Below, in pieces: positions 38,922 through 51,186 of a stretch of DNA of 64,000 bases. The notes beneath the pieces were generated by a model that saw nothing but the letters and a program-made list of their open reading frames with translations, was not told where the DNA came from and searched no databases. The stretch is taken from contig NC_057725.1 of assembly GCF_004010195.1 (NCBI RefSeq), forward strand, positions 71,833,004-71,897,003, written 5' to 3'. Position numbers and translations under genes: made by a program. How positions within the stretch are numbered: position 1 is the first letter of the stretch; each line of letters opens with the position of its first letter. This stretch comes from Chiloscyllium plagiosum. Lineage: Eukaryota.

Positions 38922-40740
38922 AGAGCCCGTGGCCAATACCATCACTGCCATGACTTTCCATCAGAAATGGAGAGAGAGACCGTGGCCAACGCCATCACTG
39001 CCCTGACTTTCCATCAGAAATGGAGAGAGAGATCCCGTGGCCAACGCCATCACTGCCATGAGTTTCCAACAGAAATGGAAAGAGAGAGCACAGGGCCAAC
39101 ACCATCACTGCCATTAGTTTCCATCAGAAATGGAGAGAGAGAGCAGGAGCCAACACCATCACTGCCATGATTTTCCATCAGAAATGTAGAGAGCGAGACC
39201 ATGGCCAACACCATCACTGCCATCAGTTTCCATCAGAAATGGAGAGAGTGAGCCCGTGCCAACACCATCACTGCCATGACTTTCCATCAGAAATGGAGTG
39301 AGAGAGACCAAGGCCAACGCCATCACTGCCCTGACTTTCCATCAGAAATGGAGAGGGAGATCCCGTGACCAACACCATCACTGACATGACCTTCCATCAG
39401 AAATGTAGAAAGCGAGCCCGTGGCCAACACCATCCCTGCCATGAGTTTCCATCAGAAATGGAGAGAGTGAGCCCATGGCCAACACCTTAACTGCCATAAT
39501 GTTCCATCAGTAATGCAGAGAGAGAGCACAGGGCTAACACAATCACTGCCATGACCTTCCATCCGAAATGGAGAGAGAGAACACAAGGCCAACACAATCA
39601 CTGCCATAACTTTCCATCAGAAATGGAATGAGAGAGACCAAGGCCAACGCCATCACTGCCCTGACTTCCCATCCGAAATGGAGAGAGTGGGCCCGTGGCC
39701 AACGCCATCACTGCCATGAGTTTCCATCAGAAATGGAAAGAGAGAGCACAGGGCCAACACCATCACTGCCATTAGTTTCCATCAGAAATGGAGAGAGAGA
39801 GCAGGAGCCAATACCGTCACTTCCATGACTTTCCATCAGAAATATAGAGAGCGAGCCCATGGCCAACGCCATCACTGCCATGAGTTTCCATCAGAAATGG
39901 AGAGAGAGAGCCCATGGAAAACACCATCACTGCCATGACTTTCCATCAGAAATGGAGAGAAGGCGAGCCCGTGGCCAACTCCATTACTGCAATGACTTTC
40001 CATCAGAAATGGAGTGAGAGAGCCCATGGCCAGCGCCATCACTGCCATGAGTTTCCATCAGTAATGGAGAGAGAGAGAGAGCCCATGGACAACGCCAACA
40101 CTGCCATTACTTTCCATCAGAAATGGAGAGAGAGAGAGAGAGAGCCCGTGGCCAACACTACCACTGCCATGAGTTTCCATCAGAAATGGAGTGAGAGGGA
40201 GCCATTGGCCAACGCCATCACTGCCATGACTTTCCATCAGAAATGGAGAGAGTGAGCCCATGGCCAACACCATCTCTGCCATGACCTCTCATCAGAAATG
40301 GAGAGGGAGAGCACATGGCCACACCATCACTGCCATGAGTTTCCATCAGAAATGAACAGAGAGAGAGAGCCCGTGGCCAACACTATCACTGCCATGACTT
40401 TCCATCAGAAATGGAGTGAGAGAGCCCATGGATAACACCATCACTGCCATCACTTTCTATCAGAAATGTAGAGAGAGAGCCCGTGGTCAACACCATTGCT
40501 GCCATGAGTTTCCATCAGAAATTGAGAGAATGAGCTCATGGCCAACACCATCACTGCCATGACCTTTCATCAGAAATGGAGAGAGAGAGAGCACAGGGCT
40601 GCCGTGAGTTTCCATCAGAAATGTAGAGAGGGAGGCCGTGGCCAACAACATCACTGCAATGACCTTCCATCAAAAATGGAGAGAGAGAGCACACGGCCAA
40701 CACCATCACTGCCTTGAATTTCCATCAGAAATGCAGAGAT
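38922..40740. repeat. Tandem satellite, ~53-bp unit with variable (GA)n core (CCATCACTGCCATGACTTTCCATCAGAAATGGAGAGAGAGCCCGTGGCCAACA)
   Basis: CCATCACTG occurs at 38939 and 38992, a period of 53. Unit length varies with the GA run. Confidence 0.95.
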
Positions 40741-41252
40741 CCCATTGGAAATAGAGATTGCGTGCTGGTTGAATACAATGATTTTGTTGTAAATTCCCCA
40801 GTAGTCCAAACGACGCAATTTCAGAAACTGAACAAGAGCATTAACATAATCATAATGACATTTATTCAAATGACAAGTGAGGTCAGTGAGGAGCACCATT
40901 GTACTGGTTGTGTCAGCTGGTGTCTGGGCTCCTTCTTTCTGTTGGGCTTCCAATATTGAAAATAGAACCGAGCACCACAGATCATTATGGCACATGGTGG
41001 ATAACATCTCATTCTGCTCAATATAATCAAGAACATCTGAAGCAAACTGTCCAGCTCCGCAGCAGCGATTGGAATATTGTTTCCTACTGTCTGCATTGAA
41101 CCCCAGGATAGTGACAGCTCCGTTTAATCCGACTTTTCTAAGAATCTGCAGTTTTCATGGGGAACTGGTTCCCCAACACGGAGCAGCCATTCAGCAATCG
41201 CCATTTTATAAGGCGATACACAATATGGGGTATTTTACAGACCCTAAACGCG

Positions 41253-41610
41253 GAGATCCGTGATCATTGCTGCTCGGTGTAATGGTGAAATCAAAGGTTT
41301 TCTGGAAAAGAACCAAGTCATCCAATACGAGCAATATATTAGATTACTTACAGTGTGGAAACAGGTGGTCCTTCGGCCCAACAAGTCCACACCGACCCAC
41401 CGAAGCGCAACCCACCCATACCCCTAACCTAAGAGATCCGTGATCATTGCTGCTCGGTGTAATGGTGAAATCAAAGGTTTTCTGGAAAAGAACCAAGTCA
41501 TCCAATACGAGCAATATATTAGATTACTTACAGTGTGGAAACAGGTGGTCCTTCGGCCCAACAAGTCCACACCGACCCACCGAAGCGCAACCCACACATA
41601 CCCCTACATT
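41253..41610. repeat. 180-bp direct tandem duplication (NLR piece plus SINE tail)
   Basis: GAGATCCGTGATCATTGC starts at both 41253 and 41433. The copies are essentially identical for ~170 bp. Confidence 0.9.
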
Positions 41611-41817
41611 TACCCCTTACCTAACACTATGGGTAATTTAGCATGGCCACTTCACCTGACCCGCACATCTTTGGACTGTGGGAGGAAACCCAAGCATCCG
41701 GAGAAAACCCACACAGACACATGCAAACTCCACACAGTCAGTTGCCTGAGGCGGGAATTGAACCCGGGTCTCCTGCGGTGTGAGGCAGCAGTGCTAACCA
41801 CTGTGCCACCGTGCCGC
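41521..41817 (-). mobile_element. Full-length HE1-like V-SINE inserted in NLR exon
   Basis: Minus strand reads GCGGCACGGTGGCACAGTGGTTAGCACTGCTGCCTCAC..GGGTTCAATTCCC..V-domain..TAAGTAATCT. Possible imperfect TSD AACATGT/AATATAT. Confidence 0.93.
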
Positions 41818-42604
41818 ACATGTTCTCTGTGCTGTTTCCACAAATCCTGTATTCAGTTTGTGAAATGGGGGAAAAAATCTCGAATTCGCTCCTTGAAGCA
41901 CATTTCCCCATCAATTGGGAATACAACTCTTGAACTTTAAATGGACAGATCACGTTAATCTCGCGTTGCATCTCACCTACTGTCCTGTCTGATTGCAATG
42001 TTTCCTCAATAAACCATCGAACGGTATTTCTTGTGGATGGTTTTTCCAAGCTTTGCTCCAGAATACTCCACCTGCCATACTCCTGCTCATCACTGCCTTG
42101 TCTGCTTGCACCTGCCCACCCAACGTAGCAATAATGGGTTCTTGGGAGGATCTTTCACTCAGTGGATATCTCCGAATTCCTTTGTTCTCTCCTATGTTTC
42201 TAAAGTACTCATTTCTTTTGGGAAGTTCATGTTTGGGTATCTGCCTTTTTTCTGGAACAAAATACTCAAAATGCCGAAAGCTACCATTCATTGCATCGTA
42301 ATTTAAGAGAGCAATATTGTGAACAGAATGCTGATAAATAAACCAATAAAAACACCACTCACAAGGAGAGTGATGATTATTGTCTGTGTTTGTTATTGTC
42401 AAAGGATTGTTCCATTAATCAGCTGTATTGAAGTACCCTGGATTTAGTCCAGTTATTTGAAATGGTCTTTCATCGAGGCGGGGAGGCGAATAGTGGTATG
42501 CAATGTCTCGGAAAGCGTAATGCACCGTGACGAGGTCAATTGTCTGGAGACATGACTCCAAATCTAGCCATGACAGGAGGTGACAAGGATTTACTCCTCT
42601 TTCA

Positions 42605-45600
42605 ATGATGAATCCAGATGGAAAGTGGGAATAAGTGCGGGGTCAGTGAGGGATTCGGAGGGACAGTGGGAATAAGAGTCAAGTCAGCGAGCGATCCGGA
42701 TTGACAGTGGGAATAACTATGCGGTCACTGTGGAATCTGGATGGACAGTGGGAATTTGTGTGAGGTCTGTAAGAGACCCGAATGGACAGTCAGAATAAGT
42801 GTGAGTTCGGTGAGGGATCAGGATGGACAGTGGGAGTAAGTGTCAGGACAGTGAGTGTTCCCGGTGAGCAGTGGGAATAAGTGTGAGGTCAGTGAAGGAT
42901 CCGGATGGACAGTGGGAGCGGGTGTCAGGTCAGTAAGTGATTCGGATAGTCAGTGGAAATAAGTGTGAGGTCAGTGAGGGATCCGGATGGACAGTGGGAA
43001 TAAGTGTGTAGTCAGTGTGGGACCTGGATGGACAGTGGGAATAACTGTGAGGTCAGTAAGGGATCAGGATAGGCAGTCGGAATAAGTGTGAGATCAGTGA
43101 GAGATTCGGATGGGCAGTGGGAATAAGTGTGCAGACAGTGCTGGGATCAGGATGGATAGTCAGATTAAGTGTGCGGTCAGTGAGGGATCCGGGTGGACAG
43201 TGGGAATAAGTGTGAGGGGAGTGAGTGATCCGGATGAACAATGTGAATAAGTGTGAGGTAAGTTAGGGATCCGGATGGATAGTGGGAATAAGTGTGAGGT
43301 CAGTCAGGGATCCAGAGACACAGTGCGAATAAGTGCGAGGTCATTGAGATATCAGGATGGACAGTGGGATTAAGTGTGAAGACAGTGATGGATACGGAAG
43401 GACAGTGGGAATACGTGTGGATCCAGGGATCCGGATGGACAATCGGAATAAGAGTGGGTACAGTGAGGAATCCGGATGGACAGTGGGAATAAGTGTGAGG
43501 ACAGTGAGTGATCCGGATGTCAAGTGGGAATAAGTGTGAAGACAGTGATGGATACGGATGGACAGTGGAATTAAGTGTGAGGACAGTGAGTGATACGGAT
43601 GAACAGTGGGAATACGTGTGGGGTCAGTGAGGGATCCGTATGGACAGTGGGAATAAGTGCTAAGACAGTGATGGATACGGATGGACAATGGGAATAAGTG
43701 TGGGGTAAGCGAGGGATCCAGATGGACCATGGGAATACGTGTGACAAGAGTAAGTGATCCAGATGAACATTGGGAATAAGTGTGAGGCCAGTTAGAGATC
43801 CGAATGAATCGTGGGAATAAGTGTGAAGACAGTCAGGGATCCAGACAGACAGTGGGAATAAGTGTGAGGTCATTGAGATATCCTGATGAACAGTGGGAAT
43901 AAGTGTGAAGACAGTGATGGATACAGAAGGATAGTGGGAATACATGTGGGGTCAGCGAGGGATCCGGATGGACAGTGGGAACAAGTGTGTGGTCAGTGAG
44001 GGATCTGGATGGACAGTGGGAAAAAGTGTGAGGTCAGTGATGGATACGGACGGACGGTGGGAATAAGTGTGAGTTCAGTGAGGGATCCGGACAGTCAGTG
44101 CGAATACGTGTGAGGTCAGTGATGGATTCAGATGTACAGTGGGAATAAATGTGAGGTCACTGAGAGATCCAGATGGACAGTGGGAATAAGTGTGAGGTCA
44201 GTGAGAGATCCGGATGAACAGTGGGAATAAGTGTCAGGACAGTGTGGGTTTCAGAAGGACAGTGGGAATAAGTGTCAGGACAGTGTGTGTTTCAGAAGGA
44301 CAGTGGGAATAAGTGTGAGGTCAGTGAGTGATCAGGATGGACAATGGGAATACGTGCGGGGACAGCGAGTGATCCGGATGGACAATGGGATTAGCGCGAG
44401 CTCTGTAAGGGATTCGGATGGACAATCGGAATAAGAGTGGGGACAGTGAGGAATCCGGATGGACAGTGGGAATAAGTGTGAGGACAGTGATGGATACGGA
44501 TGGACAATGGGAATACGTGCGGTGACAGCGAGTGATCCGGATGGACAATGGGATTAGCGCGAGCTCTGTAAGGGATTCGGATGGACAATCGGAATAAGAG
44601 GGGGGGGCAGTGAGGAATCCGGATGGACAGTAGGAATAAGTGTGAGGACAGTGATGGATACGGATGGACAGTGAAATTAAGTGTGAGGACAGTGAGTGAT
44701 ACGGATGAACAATGGAAATAAGTGTGGAGTCAGTGAGGAATCCGGATGGACAGTGGGAATAAGTGTGAGGAGAATGAGTGATCCGGATGAACAACTGGAA
44801 TAAGTGTGAGGCCAGTTAGGGATCTGGATGGATTGTGGGAATAAGTGTGAGGACAGTCAGGGATCCAGACAAACAGTGCGAATAAGTGTGACGTCATTGA
44901 GATATCCGGATGGACAGTGGGAATAAGTGCGAAGACAGTGATGGATACGGAAGGACAGTGGGAATACGTGTGGGGTCAGTGAGGGATCCGGATGGACAGA
45001 GGGAATACGTGTGAGGTCAGTGAGAGATCATGATGGACAGTCGGAATAAGACAGCAGACAGTGATGGCTCCGGATGGACAAATGGAATAAGTGCGAGGTC
45101 ACTGAGTGATCTGCATTGTCAGTGGGAATATGTGTGAGGTCTGTGAGGGATCCCGCTTGACAGTGCGAAAAAGTGTGAGGTCAGTGAGTGATCCAGATGG
45201 ACAGTGGGAATATGTGTGAGGTCAGTCAGAGATCTGGATCGACAGTGGGAGTAAGTGTGCAGTCTATGAGGGACTCGGATGGACAGTGGAAATAAGAGTC
45301 AGGACAGTGTGTATTCCAGAAGGACAGTGGGAATAAGTTTGAGGTCAGTCAGTGATCCGGATGGACAATGGGAATAAGTGTGAGCTCTGTAAGGGATCCG
45401 GATGGACAATCGGAATAAGAGTGGGGACAGTGATGAATCCGGATGGACAGTGGGAATAAGTGTGAGGTCTGTAAGGCATCCGGATACCAAGTGGGAATAA
45501 GTGTGAAGACAGTGATGGTACGGATGGACAGTGGAATTAAGTGTGAGGACAGTGAGTGATACGGACGAACAGTGGGAATACGTGTGGGCGCAGTGAGGGA

Positions 45601-48558
45601 TCCGTATGGACAGTGGGAATAAGTGTGAGGTCTGTGAGAGATCCAGATCGACAGTGGGAGTAAGTGTGCGGTCTATGAGGGATCTGGATGGACAGTGGAA
45701 ATAAGTGTCAGGACACGGTGTGATTCAGAAGGACAGTGGGAATAAGTGTGAGCTCTGTAAGGGATCCGGATGGACAATCGGAATAAGAGTGGGGACAGTG
45801 AGTGATTCGGATACCAAGTGGGAATAAGTGTGAAGACAGTGATGGTACGGATGGACAGTGGAATTAAGTGTGAGGACAGTGAGTGATACGGACGAACAGT
45901 GGGAATACGTGTGGGCGCAGTGAGGGATCCGTATGGACAGTGGGAATAAGTGTGAGGTCTGTGAGAGATCCAGATCGACAGTGGGAGTAAGTGTGCGGTC
46001 TATGAGGGATCTGGATGGACAGTGGAAATAAGTGTCAGGACACGGTGTGATTCAGAAGGACAGTGGGAATAAGTGTGAGCTCTGTAAGGGATCCGGATGG
46101 ACAATCGGAATAAGAGTGGGGACAGTGAGTGATTCGGATACCAAGTGGGAATAAGTGTGAAGACAGTGATGGTACGGATGGACAGTGGAATTAAGTGTGA
46201 GGACAGTGAGTGATACGGACGAACAGTGGGAATACGTGTGCGGTCAGTGAGGGATCTGGATGGACAGTGGGAATAAGTGTGAGGTCAGTGATGGATACGG
46301 ACGGATGGTGGGAATAAGTGTGAGTGCAGTGAGGGATCCGGACACTCAGTGCGAATAAGTCTGAGGTCATTGATGGATTCGGATGTACAGTGGGAATAAA
46401 TGTGAGGTAACTGAGAGATCAAGATGGACAGTGGGAATAAGTGTGAGGTCTGTGAGAGATCCAGATCGACAGTGGGAGTAAGTGTGCGGTCTATGAGGGA
46501 TCTGGATGGACAGTGGAAATAAGTGTGAGGTCTGTGAGAGATCCAGATCGACAGTGGGAGTAAGTGTGCGGTCTATGAGGGATCTGGATGGACAGTGGAA
46601 ATAAGTGTCAGGACACGGTGTGATTCAGAAGGACAGTGGGAATAAGTGTGAGCTCTGTAAGGGATCCGGATGGACAATCGGAATAAGAGTGGGGACAGTG
46701 AGTGATTCGGATACCAAGTGGGAATAAGTGTGAAGACAGTGATGGTACGGATGGACAGTGGAATTAAGTGTGAGGACAGTGAGTGATACGGACGAACAGT
46801 GGGAATACGTGTGGGCGCAGTGAGGGATCCGTATGGACAGTGGGAATAAGTGTGAGGAGAGTGAGTGATCCGGATGAATAATGAGGAAAAATGTGAGGTC
46901 TGTAAGTGATCCAAATGGACTGTGGGAATATTTTTGGTGTCAGTGATGGATCCAGATGGACAGTGGGATTAAATGTGAGGTCAATGAGGGATCCAGATGT
47001 TCAGTGTGAAGACCATTGCGGTCACTGAGGGATCCGGATGGACAGTGATAATAAGTGTGAAGTCAATGAAGGATCCAGCTGGTCAGTGGGAATAAGAGTG
47101 GGGTTAGTGATGGATCCAGACTTTAAGTGGGAATAAGTGTGATGTCAATGATGGATACGGATGGGCAGTGGGAATAAATGTGAGGTCAGTGAGTGATTCG
47201 GATGGAGAGTGGGAATAAATGTGAGGTCAGTAAGGGAACCCGATAGTCCGTGAGAACAAGTGTGAGGTCAGTGAATGATTCAGACAGTGGGAATAAGTGT
47301 GAAGATAGTGATGGATATGGACGGACAGTGGGAACAGGTGTGAGGTCAGTGAGGTATCCGGATGGACAGTGGGAATACGTGTGACAAGAGTAAGTGATCC
47401 AGATGAACAATGGGAATACGTGTGAGGTCAGTTAGGGATCCGGATGAATCGTGCGAATAAGTGTGAAGTCTGTCAGGGATCCAGACAGACAGTGGGAATA
47501 CGTGTGAGGTCATTGAGATATCATGATGGACAGTGGGAATAAGTGTGAAGACAGTGATGGATACAGAAGGACAGTGGGAATAAGTGTGGGGTCAGTGAGG
47601 GTTCCGGATGGAGAGTGGGAGTAAGTGTGAGGAGAGTGAGTGATCCGGATGAACAATTGGAATAAGCATGAGGCCAGTTAGGGATCCGGATGGATCGTGG
47701 GAATAAGTGTGAAGTCAGTCATGATCCAGACACACAGTGTGAATAAGTATGACGTCATTGAGATATCATGATAGACAGTGGGAATAAGTGTGAAGACAGT
47801 GATGGATACAGAAGGATAGTGGGAATACGTGTGGGGTCAGTGAGTGATTCGGATGGACAGTGGGAATAAGTGTGAAGACAGTGATGGATATGGAAGGACA
47901 GTGGGAATACATGTGGGGTCAGCGAGGGATCTGGATGGACAGTTGGAATAAGTGTGCGGTCAGTGAGGGATCTGGATGGACAGTGGGAATAAGTGTGAGG
48001 TCTGTAAGGCATCCGGATGACAAGTGGGAATAAGTATGAAGACAGTGATGGATATGGATGGACAGTGGAATTAAGTGTGAGGACAGTGAGTGATATGGAT
48101 GAACAGTGGGAATACGTGTGGGGTCAGTGAGGGATCTGGATGGACAGTGGGAATAAGCACGAAGACAGTGATGGATACGGAAGGACAGTGGGAATACGTG
48201 TGGGGTCAGCGAGGGATCTGGATGGACAGTGGGAATAAGTGTGCTGTCTGCGAGGTATCTGGATGGACAGTGGGAAAAAGTGTGAGGTCAGTGATGGATC
48301 CGGATGGGCAGTGGGAATAAGCATGCGATCAATGTTGGACCGGATGAACAGCGGGAATAAGTGTGAGGTAAGTGAAGGATATGGAAGGACAGTGGGATTA
48401 TGTTTGGGGTCATCGAGGGATCTGGATGGGCAGTGGGAATAAATGTGCGGTCAATGATGAATCCGGATGAACAGCGGGATTAAGTGTGAGGTAAGTGATG
48501 GATTTGAATGGACAGTGGGAATATGTGTGGGGTCAGCGAGGGATCCGGATGGACAGTG
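42605..48558. repeat. Tandem satellite, 41-bp unit (GATCCGGATGGACAGTGGGAATAAGTGTGAGGTCAGTGAGG)
   Basis: AAGTGTG occurs at 42961 and 43002, a period of 41. About 6 kb, with a 327-bp higher-order repeat around 45480-46860. Confidence 0.97.
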
Positions 48559-49690
48559 CCCCCTTCAGCATTTTGATTTTATTGACAGAGTCTGGATGTT
48601 AAATGTAGTTATATGTGGATCGTACCACGTATTCCTGCTCCCATTACTTCATCAGCTCTGCCCGCATTACTTGCACTGCACTGAATTTGTTTCTTCAACA
48701 AATTTGAAGAAACAAGACGTTTGTAAATATCCCGTCCAAATGCTCGATTCTCAGGCGATTAAATCTCTAAAATACATTTTAGAGCCAGTTGCACTTCACG
48801 GTAGAACAGGCAGAGACAACAGATTAAAGAAAACACAAGGTGGATTACTGAACCAGCAAATGTCCTCAGACTCCTAAAAAAAAACTTAAGAACTATCAAA
48901 GAACCTCACAGCAAAGATGGTGCTCATTCAGTTCGTCGTCTCTGCACCAGCTTGGATTGAGCTATTGCTCTGCTGCTTTTTCCCTATATTTCCCTCCTGG
49001 CCCTGCATATTCTCCTCTCACAGATAACAATTCCAAAAATCTCCCCAATGATTTAACCTGCCTGTCCCAAACTAACAGACATTGTACTTGATAATCGTTG
49101 GCCATTGCAGTGTGAGGAACGATGCCCTCCTGTTCTGTTGTTTTCTTCACAATTTCCGTTGACTTTGTGTTCACTGGGACCTCAGCCATACAAATCATTC
49201 TGGTATGTTCACATTGTCCCTCGCTATTTCGTCCTCCGAATGCATTTTTTTTGACATTTTTTTTCTTCTGTCAGCGAAAGGTGATGTTTGATTATTGTAG
49301 CTAGGGAATATCAGTTTCGCACCTTCAGTCTCCATAGCAACTGCCCAAGATTCCTTTCTGCCTTGTGGGCAATTTTGTCACTCAACCTTTAATCCATGGG
49401 TTTTATTGAACAAGAAAACTATAAATATCATGTTTGTTTTTGGGCTGAGGACAAAAAAGACTGGAAGATCCTGCTTTACAGCAAATAAGCTGTGCGAGAA
49501 TGTGTTAGCAGTTTTAATTTAAAAGTTGATAAAGTACTTTGTGAGTTGAAGATACAACGTTACCTTGATTGAACAGAAAGTAGGAAGTTCATACATACCG
49601 CATTTCCTTTTTGCTTTCAGGGCAATGCTGCCTCGAAATTTAAAAATCACACAACACCAGGTTATAGTCCAACATGTTTAATTGGAAGCA

Positions 49691-49725
49691 CACTAGCTTT
49701 CGGAGCGCAGCTCCTTCATCAGGTG
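49691..49725 (-). ncRNA. Minimal type I hammerhead ribozyme motif (family B), intact
   Basis: Minus strand CAC-CTGATGA-A-GGAGC tgc GCTCC-GAAA-GCTA-GTG: stem I CAC/GTG, 5-bp stem II, palindromic AGCU stem III and a CUA cleavage triplet. Confidence 0.82.
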
Positions 49726-51151
49726 GTTGTGGAGGACACAATTTTAAGTCACAGAATTTGTAGCAAAAATTTACAGTGTGATATAACTGAAATTATACAT
49801 TGAAAAATACCTTGATTGTCTATTGATTCTTGCATCTGTTCGAGTACCATGATACTTTCACTTCTTTCATGCGTAAATCACAAAACCTTTTTTTAAATGT
49901 TGCATTCTCAGGTTAGCTGTAAGAATTGATGTTAGGTGGAGAATATGTTTAAGGTGTTAACCCCCTTATGTTCTCTGTCAATGTCATGATGTTTAGATTG
50001 ATTGAGCTGTCTCAGGACAACTCCATACAACCCTGTTACGATCGGCACTGCAAGACGTTTCAGAGTGCGAACATGGATACCACCATTACACGTTGGGACC
50101 CCTCCCACCTTGTACGTGGCAAGTACTCATGTGAGTCAGCTGACATTTTCTATCTTATACGTTGCAGGCGAGGATGCCCTGAGGCATGGTACATTGGAAA
50201 AACCGAGCAAAGGCAATTGATGAATGGGCACTGCACAACAATCAACGGACAGGAGTGTTCCCTCCCAGTTGGGGAACACTTCAGTGATCCAGGCCATTCG
50301 ACCTCGGACTTTCGGATGCCCATCCTCCACGGCAGACTTCGGGATAGGCAGCAGCGAAAAGTGGCCGAGCAGAGGATGATAGCTAAGTTTGGTACCCATA
50401 GGGAGGGCCTCAACCAGACCTTGGGATCATATCAGATTACAGGTGACCACCATTGCACTATAAACACATACAGACACTCCTACACGCGCACACACACACA
50501 CAGGCACTCTTATACACGGACACACATGCACAGACACTCACACACACCCGACAGACACACACATGCCCACACTCACACAGGCAACCTCTCAGAGACTTAG
50601 ACTACTCCCATGCACATACATATACACCCTCTAACACAGACACTCACAACCACCACCCCAAACACGAACACACATTCCCACACTCACACATCCACCCCCT
50701 CATAGACTTAACAAACTCTCTCTCACACTCACAACCCCCAACCCAGATAACACACACACACAGACAGACACAAAGACCCACATGCATACATATATTTTGT
50801 GGGGAGAATTTGTACTTGCAGAGTTTCATTATACTTTGCTAAAAAAACTGCACGAATTCATGTAAAACTCTGTTATCTCACTTTTTAGATTAGAATCAAT
50901 CTAAACATTATAGCATAGATAGAAAACACAAGGGGCTAACATCTTCAACATATTGTCCAGCTAACAGTAATTGTTACAGCTAACCTGAGAATGCAACATT
51001 AAAAAAAGTTTTGTGATTTACACATGAAAGAAGTGAAATTACCATGGTATTCAACAGATGACCAAGGTATTTTTCAATGTATAATTTCAGTTACATCACA
51101 CTGTAAACTTTTGCTATAAATTCTGTGCCTTACAATTGTGTCCTCCACAAT

Positions 51152-51186
51152 CTTCCGATGAAGGAGCGGCGCTCCGAAAGCTAGTG
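51152..51186 (+). ncRNA. Hammerhead motif (family B), mutated copy (CCGATGA)
   Basis: CCGATGAAGGAGCGGCGCTCCGAAAGCTAGTG. U4>C in the core and stem I disrupted. Confidence 0.6.

Larger units (their letters stand above)
40700..42251 (-). pseudogene. NLR (NACHT-domain immune receptor) pseudogene, large NACHT exon, interrupted by a SINE and a 180-bp duplication
   Basis: Frameshift-corrected minus translation: KHELPKRNEYF..YPLSER..IIATL..QEIPFDGLL (pre-NACHT), INVICPFKVQEL..FKERIRDFFPHF..QDLWK [SINE] NILLVLDDL..F..FDF (Walker B region), HIVYRLIKWRLLNGCSVLGTSSP (sensor-1, cf. LL.GCSVLVTSRP), ILGFNADSRKQY, VLDYIEQNEMLSTMCHN..CSVL, GIYNKIIVF..ISAFLMEI. Walker A not found. Stops and frameshifts are present. 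Confidence 0.8.

Noticed and set aside
38922..40740. CRISPR-like array, or tandem hammerheads from minus-strand CTGATGGAAA
   Set aside because: There are no unique spacers, no cas genes and the context is eukaryotic. CTGATGG lacks A9 and has no stem II before GAAA.
41740..41817. tRNA gene (A and B boxes; also at 35540 and 12700-12775)
   Set aside because: These are tRNA-derived SINE heads continuing into SINE body sequence, with no complete cloverleaf.
40740..42400. Endogenous viral element (initial impression from unfamiliar protein-like minus-strand ORFs)
   Set aside because: The reconstructed motif order fits a NACHT domain, and I recognised no viral polymerase or capsid motifs.
42605..48558. 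His/Cys-rich 'HTYSHCPSGSLT' ORFs suggesting a zinc-finger or repeat protein
   Set aside because: The 41-bp unit is not a multiple of 3, so the peptides cycle through frames. No C2H2 spacing.
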